Origin: a virus
Strand: one strand, 5' to 3'
Length of the DNA: 64,000 nucleotides
IMG/VR virus record: IMGVR_UViG_3300044638_007036
Location: 1 to 64,000 of that record
Made by a program: the position numbers and the translations under genes. The notes below the pieces were generated by a model. It ran no database searches. It was not told where the DNA came from and saw only the letters and a list, made by a program, of their open reading frames with translations. This document shows positions 1 to 10,900 of the stretch, piece after piece (positions within the stretch are counted from its first letter, which is position 1; each line of letters opens with the position of its first letter).

Positions 1-2
1 CA

Positions 3-296
3 TCAGCTCAGAATGGCTCTGAAGCTCTTGAGTTCTTCTCTCAGAATGGTAAAATGACTATCGTATCTTCTATCTTCGTAAAAGAAGGTAATGCTTACGC
101 TATCAATCATGATCAATTCCTAAGAGTTGGATCTACAGATCTTACTTTCAAAAACCCTCTAAGTAATGAAGATTTCTTCCACTTACTAGAAAACAATGCA
201 GGTGTTGGTATCCGTTGTTACACAAATCAAGCTTTGTTCTGTACAAAGATTGGTCATCAACTAGTATTCACTAACATTGCTCCGGGTGTAGTCTAA
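3..296 (+). CDS. Probable major capsid protein, C-terminal part (gene starts before the window)
   Basis: The frame is open from position 3 (SAQNGSEALEFFSQNGKMTIVSS...). The C-terminus (GVGIRCYTNQALFCTKIGHQLVFTNI) looks like an HK97-fold capsid end, and a strong terminator follows. Confidence 0.6.
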   Translation, partial: SAQNGSEALEFFSQNGKMTIVSSIFVKEGNAYAINHDQFLRVGSTDLTFKNPLSNEDFFHLLENNAGVGIRCYTNQALFCTKIGHQLVFTNIAPGVV

Positions 297-325
297 TTTT
301 CAAACAGTTACGCAATGTAGCTAAC

Positions 326-357
326 AAAGGGGAGGCTTCGGCTTCCCCTTTTATTTT
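326..357 (+). terminator. Rho-independent terminator after the capsid gene
   Basis: GGGGAGGC-TTCG-GCTTCCCC stem-loop followed by TTTTATTTT. Confidence 0.9.
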
Positions 358-369
358 ATACACTTAAAT

Positions 370-376
370 AACAAAT
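370..376 (+). promoter_or_regulatory. AACAAAT motif, putative late promoter (copy 1 of 5)
   Basis: Intergenic, just after a terminator, 21 nt before ATG 398. The same heptamer occurs at 19468, 24813, 27941 and 57370. Confidence 0.55.
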
Positions 377-397
377 ATAAGTATCGAGGTGTCTAAT

Positions 398-850
398 ATG
401 GCGATAACTTTAATTGTAAATAACACTCCATTTGATTATCCTGAACAAGGAGAACAACAACCTTGGGGAGAAGCAGCCAGCGGTTGGGCTACAGAAGTTA
501 CAGCAGTAATAAACTCGCTTAAAGGTCCTAGTGATATTTTAGAAACCTCCGCACCATTATTGATTAATCAAACAAAAGCAGTAATTCCAAATTTCTTCTT
601 TGATCCCGGTACAGTGGGGGCTTTTTCTGCAAGTGGATTTATCTCTATTGCTGACGAAGTTACGGAGCGTTTTTTAATTGAAGGCAGGAGAAATGGAACA
701 TCTTGGGATTATACTATTGAGGGAATTGGCGACTCTGGAATTAAATTAGAAGTTGAAGATACGGGACAAGTAGTATATACTAGTGGAGTCTTTAGTACAA
801 CGAAAAGTTCATACGTAAAATTTAAAGGCACTGCTCTTATAAAGAAATAA
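398..850 (+). CDS. Virion structural protein; beta domain shared with the C-terminus of 7931-11920
   Basis: GAGGTG RBS at 386-391 favours ATG 398 over GTG 389. The motif EVEDTGQVVYTS...VKFKG matches DVDSTGQVRYSS...LKFRA in the larger gene. Confidence 0.6.
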   Translation: MAITLIVNNTPFDYPEQGEQQPWGEAASGWATEVTAVINSLKGPSDILETSAPLLINQTKAVIPNFFFDPGTVGAFSASGFISIADEVTERFLIEGRRNGTSWDYTIEGIGDSGIKLEVEDTGQVVYTSGVFSTTKSSYVKFKGTALIKK

Positions 851-858
851 AGGCTATA

Positions 859-1965
859 ATGTCAAATATATTTACTAGATTTTTTAAAGGATTAATTCTC
901 AGAGGTGAAACTTCTGATCCATCTGATAATATCGAAGGATCTATTTTTCATAATAGTAGTGACGGAAGATTAAAAACTTATATCGAAGGAGCTGTTAGAC
1001 AGATATTAACTAATAGCCAAGGACAAACCCTTACCAATAAAACAATCAATGTCAGTAATAATACTGTCGTAACAACGGCTGTAGGTAATCTTTCTAGTAC
1101 AGAATTAAACGCAGCACTGAACGAATTGCAGACAGATATAGATACTAGAGTAATTGGTCCGACAAGTTCTGTAGATAACCAAGTAGCCAGATTTGATGGA
1201 ACTACAGGTAAACTAATAGACTCTGTATCTGGGAGTACGTTGTCAGATACCGGAATTATGGCTTCTAGCCAATTCCAAGCAGATTTAGCTCTTCTAACAA
1301 ATCGAGCACTTGTTTTACAAGGAAGTGTGGCTAATATATCTACTGGTTCTAACGTAGTCCTAGCTTCTAATTCATACGCAAGATTACGACTTACGGGGGT
1401 AGGATTAGTATCTATCGGAGGTATAGCTACTCCAACATCAGGAAGATTATTTATCTTAAGTAATGAAACTGGTGGAGATATTACAATAGTACACGATGAT
1501 TCTACAGTAGCTGAAATTTCAAATAGATTTTATACTCCAGATGGGACTGACTTTACTTTTAAAAATAATTCAATGATTTGGTATATGTATACAGATACTA
1601 TAAACCGACATGTAATTATTTCTGGAGGAACAAGCACTACTAGTGGAGGCGGTGGAGGCGGAGGTGGTGGAATAAGTTATGCTAGTATTAGTATTTCCGC
1701 ATTAAATATTGATTGGAGTTTAGGAACTACGTATTATAAAACCATTTCCTCGAATACATCATTTACCTTTTCAAATCTTGTTGAGGGAAAAACAATAACA
1801 GTGATAATTACAGGAGATAGTTCTGATCGTATTATAACATTCCCATCTACTAAACAGGCTGCTGGATATTTAGAAAGTGTAGTTTATCAAAACACCACTA
1901 CAATATATACTTTTACTAGAACCAATGGAATAACTTACTGTAGTTCATTTTCTGGAGTTATCTGA
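859..1965 (+). CDS. Tail/head fibre protein, paralogue A
   Basis: N-terminal ~100 aa and C-terminal ~80 aa (IDWSLG...FTFSNL.EGK) are homologous to 4697-5860; poly-Gly hinge. Confidence 0.65.
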   Translation: MSNIFTRFFKGLILRGETSDPSDNIEGSIFHNSSDGRLKTYIEGAVRQILTNSQGQTLTNKTINVSNNTVVTTAVGNLSSTELNAALNELQTDIDTRVIGPTSSVDNQVARFDGTTGKLIDSVSGSTLSDTGIMASSQFQADLALLTNRALVLQGSVANISTGSNVVLASNSYARLRLTGVGLVSIGGIATPTSGRLFILSNETGGDITIVHDDSTVAEISNRFYTPDGTDFTFKNNSMIWYMYTDTINRHVIISGGTSTTSGGGGGGGGGISYASISISALNIDWSLGTTYYKTISSNTSFTFSNLVEGKTITVIITGDSSDRIITFPSTKQAAGYLESVVYQNTTTIYTFTRTNGITYCSSFSGVI

Positions 1966-4679
1966 TGAGTGATTATTTAAAAAGTAAAAAGTTTAGTTCT
2001 TTTACTCTCAATACATCTTACATCGGACCTACTTTTTATCTTACCACTACGGGCACTTCTCGATCTTTATCAACTCCTAGTGTTAACTTATATTCTTCTA
2101 ATCTAGGAAATTTATATTTCTATAATCCCGAATCTCTTGCGACAAGTGGATTTATTGATAACAATAAGATAATAGGCTTAGTTAATTTACAAAAATTTAA
2201 ATCAACTTCTTCTCCTTCCCCCGGTGTCTTTGAGAATGCTCTAATTAGTCCAGACGCTATATTTAACGATAGTATTAAAGAAGGAAAGGTATCTAATTTT
2301 TATAGAATAGTTGAAAAAGAAACTTATTCTCCGACTTATAATTTTGGTCTTTATATTTCTCTTTCCGACGCTACTAACTATGGTGGTACAAGTTGTAAAT
2401 ATTTTATAAAATTATTGGAAAACGGTACTCCGGACGACATATTTAATCAGCAAGCAGTTTTTAATTTTGATCCTTTTTCTGGAACTACCACTTATTATTT
2501 CAATTCTCTTATAAATGCCATACAAACCCAGTTAGACGGAAAAATATTACTTGGTGGTAGTTTTACTAATTATAAAAGTGCGGGCAATAATCGCCTTATA
2601 AGACTTAACATAAACGGAAGTTTAGATACAGCCTTCTCTACAAATGCTAATGCTGCTCTTAGTAGCGTCACAAATATTTTTGATATTCAAATTCAGTCTG
2701 ATGGAAAAATAATAATAGCCTGTAATGAATCTATTCTTAAATTTAAAAGATTAAATACAAATGGAACTGAAGACACTACTTATTATACCAATAGTTCAGC
2801 CGTAGGTATTAATGTTACAGGTTCTGCGAGTGGTGTCAGAACTTATTTACAACCTGATGGCAAGCTTATTGTTTTTGGAGGAAGCCTTAATCATCTTGTT
2901 TATGGAAGTTGCTATATTCTGAGATTAAATACCAATGGCACTGAAGACACTAGTTTTACAAATAGTGTTACTCGACCGTCTGGAATAAACGCTTTTAATG
3001 GTAACATTCGATCTGTTATTCAATATGGCGGTAAATTATATTTTGGGGGTAGATTTACTGAGTGGACCACTAATCCTGTAAATCAAGGACTATCGTATTT
3101 AATATCATTTAATTCTGACCTTACTTTGAATTCAACATTTAATAATGTTGCAGTTAGAAGTGGAACGACTCCACTTTTATCCATAAGCAATGCTTCTACT
3201 AATCCCATTCAACTGACAACATCTGTTAGCGGATTATTGATAGTAACTGGTAGTTTTATTAATTATAAAAATATAAAGTTTTTAAATAATTGCATTTTTC
3301 TTTCTCCCTCTACAGGAGAATTATCTATTGAAAATTCTAAAAGAGTTGTTAATTATGGAACTAGAACAAGAAAGTTTCATGGAGCTATTAATAGAATTAA
3401 ATACTCTAGTGCTGATGATAGCTATGTAGTAGGGGGGAATTTTCTTAATTATGGAGAGCTTTTATATTCCTCTACGGATAATCTGGCATCCAATACTCGA
3501 TCAAGTTATTTAGTTAAGTTAAACAGTGACGGCACTTCAAATAATTCTTTTAATACTAATTGTGTTTATTTAGGAGCATCCAGATTTAATAACATTGTTT
3601 CAGATATTGCCGTTCAAGGTGATGGGAAGGTTAATCTGGCGGGTAGCTTCACAAGTGTCAGTTATGCTGACATAGGACCTAGTAATATAAATAATATAAG
3701 ATATTTTCTAAGACTAAATCCAGACGGGACTCCAGACCAATCATTTATTCTTAATTCAAGCGTTGTTTTTAGTTCTGGAACTTATGTTTCAAGATTTTCC
3801 AGTACTGTTGCAAGAGTTCTTGTATTATCAAATGGTAAAATTTTAGTAAGTGGGGCTTTTACGAATTATACTGGAAGCGCAGGAGGAACTGTCACAGGAC
3901 TAAGTAGATATATTAGACTGAATGCAGATGGTACAGAGGATAGAGCATATAACGATATTGCAACAAGAAGTGGAACTACTGCGAAGTTTAGTTCTACGAT
4001 AAATGCTATTTGTGAGCTTTCTTCGGGTCAAGTTATTGTGGGTGGTGCTTTTACTAACTATGGCGGCGTTACTGGATATTCTAGGCTTATTATTTTAAGT
4101 GCTTCCGGTGCTATTACTGCTGCGGAAACTTCTTTTATAAATAACGCAATTGTAACTGGTACAACTGCGAAATTTTCTAGTGGTGCAATTACTTCAGTAG
4201 TTGAGCAGCCAGATGGAAAAATACTTATTGGAGGATCATTCTCTAATTATGGAGGAATTTCAGGTGTAAATTGCTTTATTAGATTAAATGCTGATGGAAC
4301 ATTAGATTCCTCGTTTGTGAATAACGCAAGTGTCATCGGTACTGCTCCTAAATTTGTTCTTGGACAAGTGGACAATATAACAATTGATTCAGACGGTACT
4401 ATTTTAGTTGGAGGAAATTTCAATTATGCTCCTGATGGAGTTAGTGTTTCTTACAGAAGATTTATGAAATTTAATTCAGATGGAACTGTTAATACTTCTT
4501 TTATGAATAATTGTCGATTTAGTAATACTTACACTACTAATGTAGCTTCATGTCTAATTTCTGATGAAAAATACCTTGTTGGTGGAAACTTTACTAATTA
4601 TCATGATGAAAGATCTTATCTTGATTATGATAAATTTGATTATTTTGTTATTCTTGATAGAAATGGTAATATAGATTAA
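1965..4679 (+). CDS. Beta-propeller repeat protein (delta-60/DUF5122-like), probable receptor-binding subunit
   Basis: Many QxDGKI(L/I)xGGxFTNY...RLNxDGTxDxSF repeats. Confidence 0.8.
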   Translation: MSDYLKSKKFSSFTLNTSYIGPTFYLTTTGTSRSLSTPSVNLYSSNLGNLYFYNPESLATSGFIDNNKIIGLVNLQKFKSTSSPSPGVFENALISPDAIFNDSIKEGKVSNFYRIVEKETYSPTYNFGLYISLSDATNYGGTSCKYFIKLLENGTPDDIFNQQAVFNFDPFSGTTTYYFNSLINAIQTQLDGKILLGGSFTNYKSAGNNRLIRLNINGSLDTAFSTNANAALSSVTNIFDIQIQSDGKIIIACNESILKFKRLNTNGTEDTTYYTNSSAVGINVTGSASGVRTYLQPDGKLIVFGGSLNHLVYGSCYILRLNTNGTEDTSFTNSVTRPSGINAFNGNIRSVIQYGGKLYFGGRFTEWTTNPVNQGLSYLISFNSDLTLNSTFNNVAVRSGTTPLLSISNASTNPIQLTTSVSGLLIVTGSFINYKNIKFLNNCIFLSPSTGELSIENSKRVVNYGTRTRKFHGAINRIKYSSADDSYVVGGNFLNYGELLYSSTDNLASNTRSSYLVKLNSDGTSNNSFNTNCVYLGASRFNNIVSDIAVQGDGKVNLAGSFTSVSYADIGPSNINNIRYFLRLNPDGTPDQSFILNSSVVFSSGTYVSRFSSTVARVLVLSNGKILVSGAFTNYTGSAGGTVTGLSRYIRLNADGTEDRAYNDIATRSGTTAKFSSTINAICELSSGQVIVGGAFTNYGGVTGYSRLIILSASGAITAAETSFINNAIVTGTTAKFSSGAITSVVEQPDGKILIGGSFSNYGGISGVNCFIRLNADGTLDSSFVNNASVIGTAPKFVLGQVDNITIDSDGTILVGGNFNYAPDGVSVSYRRFMKFNSDGTVNTSFMNNCRFSNTYTTNVASCLISDEKYLVGGNFTNYHDERSYLDYDKFDYFVILDRNGNID

Positions 4680-4696
4680 AATAAATAGGAAATAAA

Positions 4697-5860
4697 ATGG
4701 CAAACGTGTTTAAACGATTCGTAAAGGGCATTTTACTTGCGGGAGAAACTACGGTTCCTTCCGACAATAAGAATGGCTCTATTTTTTATCATTCTTCAGA
4801 TAGTAGAATAAAAACCTACGTAGAAGACGCTGTTAGAGAGATTGTAACGAATTCTCAAAATCAAAACCTTACAAACAAAACAATTAGTGCTAGTAGTAAT
4901 AGTATACTAACTGCCGCCTCAGGTAACTTGTCTAGTACAGAGCTAAATGCAGCATTATCCGAATTACAAAGTGATATTGATACAAGAGTAAGTCAAGCTG
5001 CATTAACAGCACATATTAATGATTTTTCAGGTGCTCACGATGCAGCAGCTATTTCTTTTGATAAACTACCATATACGATAACTTCCAATGATGTTCAAGG
5101 TGCTATTGGAGAAACTTGGGTTACTTTGCAAGGACATATTGCGGATTCTTCAGATGCTCACGATGCTTCTGCTATTTCAGTAATTCCATCTGGTACACTT
5201 GCATCTACTGATGTACAAGCAGCTTTACAAGAACTTCAAACTGACGTAGACTCTAGAGTTACTACTGCGTCTAATGTGGGAACCGGATCTGGAGTTTTCA
5301 AACAAAAAAGCGGATCTACTCTGGAGTTAAAATCCTTGTCAGCAGGGTCTAACATTACCATTACAGAAGTTGGAGATTCACTTCAATTATCTGCATCTGG
5401 TACAATAGGCGTAAATGACGCTACAACTTCAGTTAAAGGTATTTTAAAATTAGCTGGAGATCTTAGCGGCACAGCAGATTTACCCACAGTCGTCAGCGCA
5501 ACAACTTCTACTAAAGGCATTGTTAAACTAGCAGGAGATCTTGGGGGTACAGCAGATTTACCTAAAATTATTAAGCCTACTTCTACAGTGTCTTTGCTGG
5601 ATGTGGATTGGAGTTTAGGATATGTTCACTACAAGGAGATATCTGCAAATTCCACATTTACATTTTCAAATCTAGAAGATGGAAAAATAATATCATTAAT
5701 AATAAAAAATACGGGAGCAGCTACGTATAATATAACTTTACCTACAGTAATTAAAACTGCTTCTATGGATTTAACAATACAAGCAGGAAAGCAAAACGTG
5801 TATACTTTTATAGCAACAAGTACGAGTGTCTACGCTACGGCTGTGACACAAATGGCATAG
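4697..5860 (+). CDS. Tail/head fibre protein, paralogue B
   Basis: Shares termini with 859-1965. Has AHDAxAIS, TDVQAALxEL and ATTSxKGIxKLAGDLxGTADLP fibre repeats. Confidence 0.7.
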   Translation: MANVFKRFVKGILLAGETTVPSDNKNGSIFYHSSDSRIKTYVEDAVREIVTNSQNQNLTNKTISASSNSILTAASGNLSSTELNAALSELQSDIDTRVSQAALTAHINDFSGAHDAAAISFDKLPYTITSNDVQGAIGETWVTLQGHIADSSDAHDASAISVIPSGTLASTDVQAALQELQTDVDSRVTTASNVGTGSGVFKQKSGSTLELKSLSAGSNITITEVGDSLQLSASGTIGVNDATTSVKGILKLAGDLSGTADLPTVVSATTSTKGIVKLAGDLGGTADLPKIIKPTSTVSLLDVDWSLGYVHYKEISANSTFTFSNLEDGKIISLIIKNTGAATYNITLPTVIKTASMDLTIQAGKQNVYTFIATSTSVYATAVTQMA

Positions 5861-5863
5861 TAT

Positions 5864-6811
5864 ATGGCAATGATACCTTTTTCATATTTGTCAGGCAGCT
5901 CCATTCCATTAGGAGAAACATGGACTGTAAGTGCTGGGCTTCCCTATGAGTGGTTTTCAGTAGCTTATGGGAATGGAAGATTTGTTTCTACGGGAAAAGA
6001 TAGAATAGCAATGTCATCCACCGACGGAATTAATTGGACATTTTCTACAATACCTAAGTACCCATTATCGGCTGATCAAAGTTTTTCAAATTTAGTATTT
6101 GGTAACGATAAATTTGTAGCTACTACGTCTGCTGGAGTGGAAAAATTTGCTTGGTCTTATGATGGAATAACTTGGAATAAAGTACTTAATTCATTTGAAA
6201 ATGCTGCTGGAGCTTGGCTTTCTTCTACTTATGGAAACGGTAAATTTATTATTTTAGGGTCTAATGGAGTAGGTGCAGTTTCTTCAAACGGAATAAATTG
6301 GACTCAAATTTCTTTGCCACAAGCAAATTCTTGGCGTGGAGTTACTTACGGAAACGGAATATTTGCTGCAGTATCTTCAGATGGAACAAACAGGGTAATG
6401 ACATCTGTTGACGGGGTAACTTGGACATTAAGAAATGCAGCAGCAAACAACAATTGGAATAAAGTTGCTTTTGGGAATGGAGTATTTGTGGCAGTATCAG
6501 GAGAGAGCGCATTTAATACAAGTCCTCAAAGGATAATGATTTCTTCAGACGGAACAAATTGGAGTATGGTTACATCTAGCAACATAAGAGTATGGGGTAA
6601 TGCAATATTTGCAGACGGGCTATTTGTAATAATGGCGACTCCTTATGGATTTGATGGAGTAGGCTATTTAATGACATCTACAGACGGATTAAATTGGACT
6701 CCAAGAAATATTCCCGGTTATGAGTATACTTGGAGAGGTATTACATATGGACAAGGAAAATTTTTAGCTGTATCTAATACAGGAACGAATAGAGTAATGA
6801 CTGCAATTTAA
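5864..6811 (+). CDS. Beta-propeller protein (WxxVxYGNGxFVAV...SxDGxNW repeats), probable fibre tip
   Basis: About seven Asp-box/BNR-like repeats. Confidence 0.75.
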   Translation: MAMIPFSYLSGSSIPLGETWTVSAGLPYEWFSVAYGNGRFVSTGKDRIAMSSTDGINWTFSTIPKYPLSADQSFSNLVFGNDKFVATTSAGVEKFAWSYDGITWNKVLNSFENAAGAWLSSTYGNGKFIILGSNGVGAVSSNGINWTQISLPQANSWRGVTYGNGIFAAVSSDGTNRVMTSVDGVTWTLRNAAANNNWNKVAFGNGVFVAVSGESAFNTSPQRIMISSDGTNWSMVTSSNIRVWGNAIFADGLFVIMATPYGFDGVGYLMTSTDGLNWTPRNIPGYEYTWRGITYGQGKFLAVSNTGTNRVMTAI

Positions 6812-6821
6812 AGGATAATAT

Positions 6822-7004
6822 ATGCCAGCAAAAAGTAAAGCACAGTTTAGATTAATGAAAGCAGCAGAAACTAATCCTGAGTTTGCTAAAAAAGTAGGAA
6901 TTAGTCAAGAAACTGCAAAAGAATTTACTAAAGGTAACGTAGGTAAAAAACGATTTAAGAAACTAAAAGAAAAACTTGGATGCAAAAAGTGCTCCGAAGA
7001 ATAG
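6822..7004 (+). CDS. Small basic phage protein with RFKKLKEKL tag near the C-terminus
   Basis: MPAKSKAQFRLMKAA...FAKKVGISQ resembles a widespread small phage family; RBS AAGGA. Confidence 0.7.
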   Translation: MPAKSKAQFRLMKAAETNPEFAKKVGISQETAKEFTKGNVGKKRFKKLKEKLGCKKCSEE

Positions 7005-7005
7005 T

Positions 7006-7143
7006 ATGAATAAACCAGCAGATCCTAAATTATACTCTAGAGTAAAACTTGAAGCTAAGAAAAAGTTTAGAGTGTTTCCTTCAGCATATGCCTCTGCTTG
7101 GATAGTAAAAGAATATAAGAAACGTGGCGGTACTTACCGATGA
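7006..7143 (+). CDS. 45-aa basic protein missing from the ORF track
   Basis: MNKPADPKLYSRVKLEAKKKFRVFPSAYASAWIVKEYKKRGGTYR. The PSAYA...EYKKRGGxY motif is typical of a DUF5872-like viral family, and the stop overlaps the next ATG. Confidence 0.75.
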   Translation: MNKPADPKLYSRVKLEAKKKFRVFPSAYASAWIVKEYKKRGGTYR

Positions 7144-7391
7144 AAGGATTAAAAAGATGGTTTGCTGAAAAGTGGACTGATCAAAAAGGAAATGAATGCG
7201 GCTCTGGTAAGTTAAAAAACGTACCTAAATGTCGTCCTTCTAAACGCATCACTAGTAACACTCCTAAGACTTGGAGAGAGCTTTCTCCAGCTCAAAAGAA
7301 GCGAGCTGTAGCTGATAAAAACAAAGCTACAAGAGAAGGAAGACAGTTTGGCAAAGTTAGATTTGAAAAACTAAGAAAGAGGCTATCGTGA
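7140..7391 (+). CDS. Small basic viral protein (LKRWFxEKW...CRP family) ending RFEKLRKRLS
   Basis: LKRWFAEKW, ECG and KCRPSKRI motifs; translationally coupled to both neighbours. Confidence 0.75.
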   Translation: MKGLKRWFAEKWTDQKGNECGSGKLKNVPKCRPSKRITSNTPKTWRELSPAQKKRAVADKNKATREGRQFGKVRFEKLRKRLS

Positions 7392-7633
7392 GATTTAAAA
7401 AACTAAGAGATACTTTGGGATGTAATAGTCCCAGAAGAACCCCGGGGGAACGTAAAAAATTTGTGGTGAAAGCTTGCGAAAATGGACAAGAAAAAATTGT
7501 ACGTTTTGGCGATCCTAATATGAAAATTAAAAAACATATACCAGAAAGACGTAAAAGTTTTAGAGCAAGACATAAATGTGATCAAAAGAATACTAAACTT
7601 TCAGCTCGATATTGGAGTTGTAAGAAATGGTAA
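7388..7633 (+). CDS. Small basic viral protein (DUF6321-like) starting RFKKLRDTL
   Basis: KIVRFGDPNM...RRKSFRARHKC...SARYWSCKKW motif. Confidence 0.75.
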   Translation: MRFKKLRDTLGCNSPRRTPGERKKFVVKACENGQEKIVRFGDPNMKIKKHIPERRKSFRARHKCDQKNTKLSARYWSCKKW

Positions 7634-7926
7634 AAAAAATTAAAAATAAAAAAAAAGAAGTAGAGATACTAAAAGAAACTAATATATTTGATAAAATTCA
7701 AAAAGAAGGCATACCTATAGTTTTGTTTCAAGATCCTATACACAAAACTCCAAGTATATCGCTAACTTTATTAATTATATCTTTTTGTCTTAGTATTTTT
7801 GCTTTAATAAACAAATTTACTAAGATAGTAGATGGTGTAGATATTGATAATACTCTTGAATTATTCATTATTTGCGCATCATTATATTTTGGAAGATCAT
7901 TTTCTAAAAAAATAAATAGGGAGTAG
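7627..7926 (+). CDS. Two-TM membrane protein, holin-like
   Basis: Hydrophobic segments ISLTLLIISFCLSIFALI and LFIICASLYFG; basic C-terminus. Confidence 0.45.
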   Translation: MVKKIKNKKKEVEILKETNIFDKIQKEGIPIVLFQDPIHKTPSISLTLLIISFCLSIFALINKFTKIVDGVDIDNTLELFIICASLYFGRSFSKKINRE

Positions 7927-7930
7927 TATT

Positions 7931-10900
7931 ATGGATATTAAAATGAGGATTAATGAAAAAATTACTACCTCGAAAGTACTTGGAGTTTTTGACGTAACTG
8001 ACGAGAGTAAAATAAGAATAGTAGTAGAAAATGCAAATTCTTCTAATACTCTTGAAATTAAAGCTAGAATATATAATCAAACAGATTTTGTTTTATTAAA
8101 GACAATTACAGGCAATGCTAATGAAATCGTAAATGTATCTACTTATGAAGAGATAAAAATAGAGTGTACAGTTTTTTCTTCTACTGGAACTGAAGTTAAA
8201 ATAGTAGCTGCTTCTTTTAATGATGCCGGAGGTTCTGCTATAGATTCTATAGGTGTTCCTTCCGGCGATGATATTACAGATATCGAAACTCTAAATCTAA
8301 CGTCTAGCGATAATAGCATTGGTATATCAGGGAATAACTCTACTAAAACAATTGATTTTACTTTTAATGGTGGATATACTCCTTCTGATGCTACAGATTG
8401 GAGTCCTGCTCCAACAACTATTCCAGAAGCGTTGGATCAGTTAGCGGATAGGACTAGCTTTAATAAAATTTATGTTTATGAAAATAACGTATCAGTTTAT
8501 TCCGATGGAACGCCCGGTGTTAGAGATACTTCTCCATTCATAAGAGATGGTTGGTATTTCCAAAATACAGGAGCTGGGGAAAAAATTAACTGGTATTTTT
8601 TTGACGGTAATCCGTTAAGTTCTACGTATCAAGGAAGTATACCTCAAAGTGATTTTCATCCATTTTTTATTCTAACTTTAGATAGTAAAAATGCAAAACC
8701 TATAATTGGAGTGTATTCTTTACCTACTGGAGTAAATGATACCATTCCCGGATTTGCACATTCTAGATGGGTTTATGAACTTTCCACAGCAGCTTTAACT
8801 CCATTAGTTGCAGGTAAGAAATATTTATTTTACACAACACAAAATCCCTCAGTTTACCCTGAATTAGAACATATTCAATTAGATTTAATTCCAGCTCAAT
8901 CAACAGGTGATAAAAATCCATCTGAACTCATTCTAACAGCTTCTTTAGGATCAGATTCTTCTGAACCAGTAAATGAGGTTCAATGGCTGGTTGAGAGTAT
9001 GGGAGTTTGGTCGCCTTCTGTCAAGCAAGAAATGCGGCTTCGTATTAGAACAGTTCCATTGAACTCATCTTCTAAAATAGACAGCATTTATTTACCAAGT
9101 TATGTAGATGATGTAGTGGAAGTATCGTCTTTTGCAACGCTACCTCTGATTGGAGAGGCAGGAAAGATATACATAACTTTAGATACAAATAAACAATATC
9201 GATGGTCGGGCAGTACTTATATTGAGGTATCACCTTCGGAAGTAAACTCTGTCAATGGTAAAGTTGGAATAGTAGTTTTAAATAAATCAGATATTGGTCT
9301 AGGAAATGTAGATAACACTTCTGATTTAGATAAGCCTATCTCAAACGCTACCCAAACAGAACTTAATATCCTAGATGGTAGGTTAGATAACTTAGAAGAA
9401 ATCAATAGCGTACGAAAATTTCATGTATTTGAAGACAACTTACAAGTATATGCAGACGCAAGACCGGGGATAAAAGACCCAAGTACAAATATTTATAGTA
9501 ATGGACTTATTCGAGATGGTTGGTATTTTAAAAATACGATAGCTGGACAAAAAATAAATTGGTATTTTTTTGATGGCACAACGCAAGGAACCATTACATT
9601 AGGTAATTTTTCAGCATATGCTGTTATGACTTTTGATGCCATAACTGCTTATCCTATATTAGCAGTGTATACTTTTCCAACAGGTAGTGGAGATGTTAGA
9701 CCGGGATTTGCTCACTCAGTTGTTGTATATGCTAATCCTCTTTCTCCTGCAGCAGTAGCTGGTGTAAAATATCTAGTTTATTTTGGAGACGAACCTGCTG
9801 CGCATCCCGAACTTCCAAGAATACAATTAACTAAAAGTACAATATCTTCCGCAGGAGATCAAAATCCAGCGGAAATAGTTTTAACAGTTTCTTTTGGATC
9901 AGATTCAGCAGAACCTGTAAACGAAGTTCAGTTTATGGTTGAAACATTAGGGGTGAACTCTCCTACTGTAAAACAAGAAATTGATCTAAGAATTAAACCT
10001 TCTTCTCAGAGTGATTTTTCAAGTCACATAAATAATTTTAGTAATCCCCATGCAGTTACCAAAACTCAAGTTGGATTAAGTAATGTAGACAACACTTCTG
10101 ACTTAGACAAGCCGATTTCAACAGCAACTCAAACTGCACTGAATTTAAAATACGATGCTTCAAATCCTGCAGGATATATCACATCAGCTCAAGCACCTGT
10201 TCAATCTGTAAATACTCAAACTGGAGCTGTAAATTTAGAAGCAGAAGATATTCCATTTACTCCATATGGAACTATTACTTCAACAGATGTCCAAGCTGCA
10301 ATTGAAGAATTAGATGACAAAACATCAGTCGTTTCTGATATTGCTGCAGATACAAAAGAACCTACAGGATTTGTAGATAGGACAGAATCGACCACTTCTT
10401 TTGATGACTCTTCTAGATTGTTTACAATTCAACCAGTAACTACTTCTTTTAGTTTTTATATTAAAGGAACTAAATTTACAAAAACTACTTCTCAAAGTAT
10501 AACGATTCCAAATTTAGCTGGAAATCATTATGTTTACTTTAATGATGTAGGAAACCTAGCTACTACACAAACATTTACAAGTTCTATAATTGAGCAATAC
10601 GCTTTTGTAACAGTTATCTATTGGAACACAGATACTAACACGCATTCCTATTTTGCAGAAGAACGACATGGCATCACAATGGATGGAGCCACGCATTCAT
10701 ATCTACACACCACTTTTGGAGCAAGATATATATCTGGATTAGCTTTGGAAGATTTTACAATTGGAGATGGATCTAGTGATACTCATGCTCAGTTTACTGC
10801 TGATTTAGGATCTATAAGAGATGAAGATTTATATTTGCAATTACCAGCTCAAGCTCAAATTCCTATTTTATTTAAGCAAGGTCAATTGTGGAGAAAAAAG

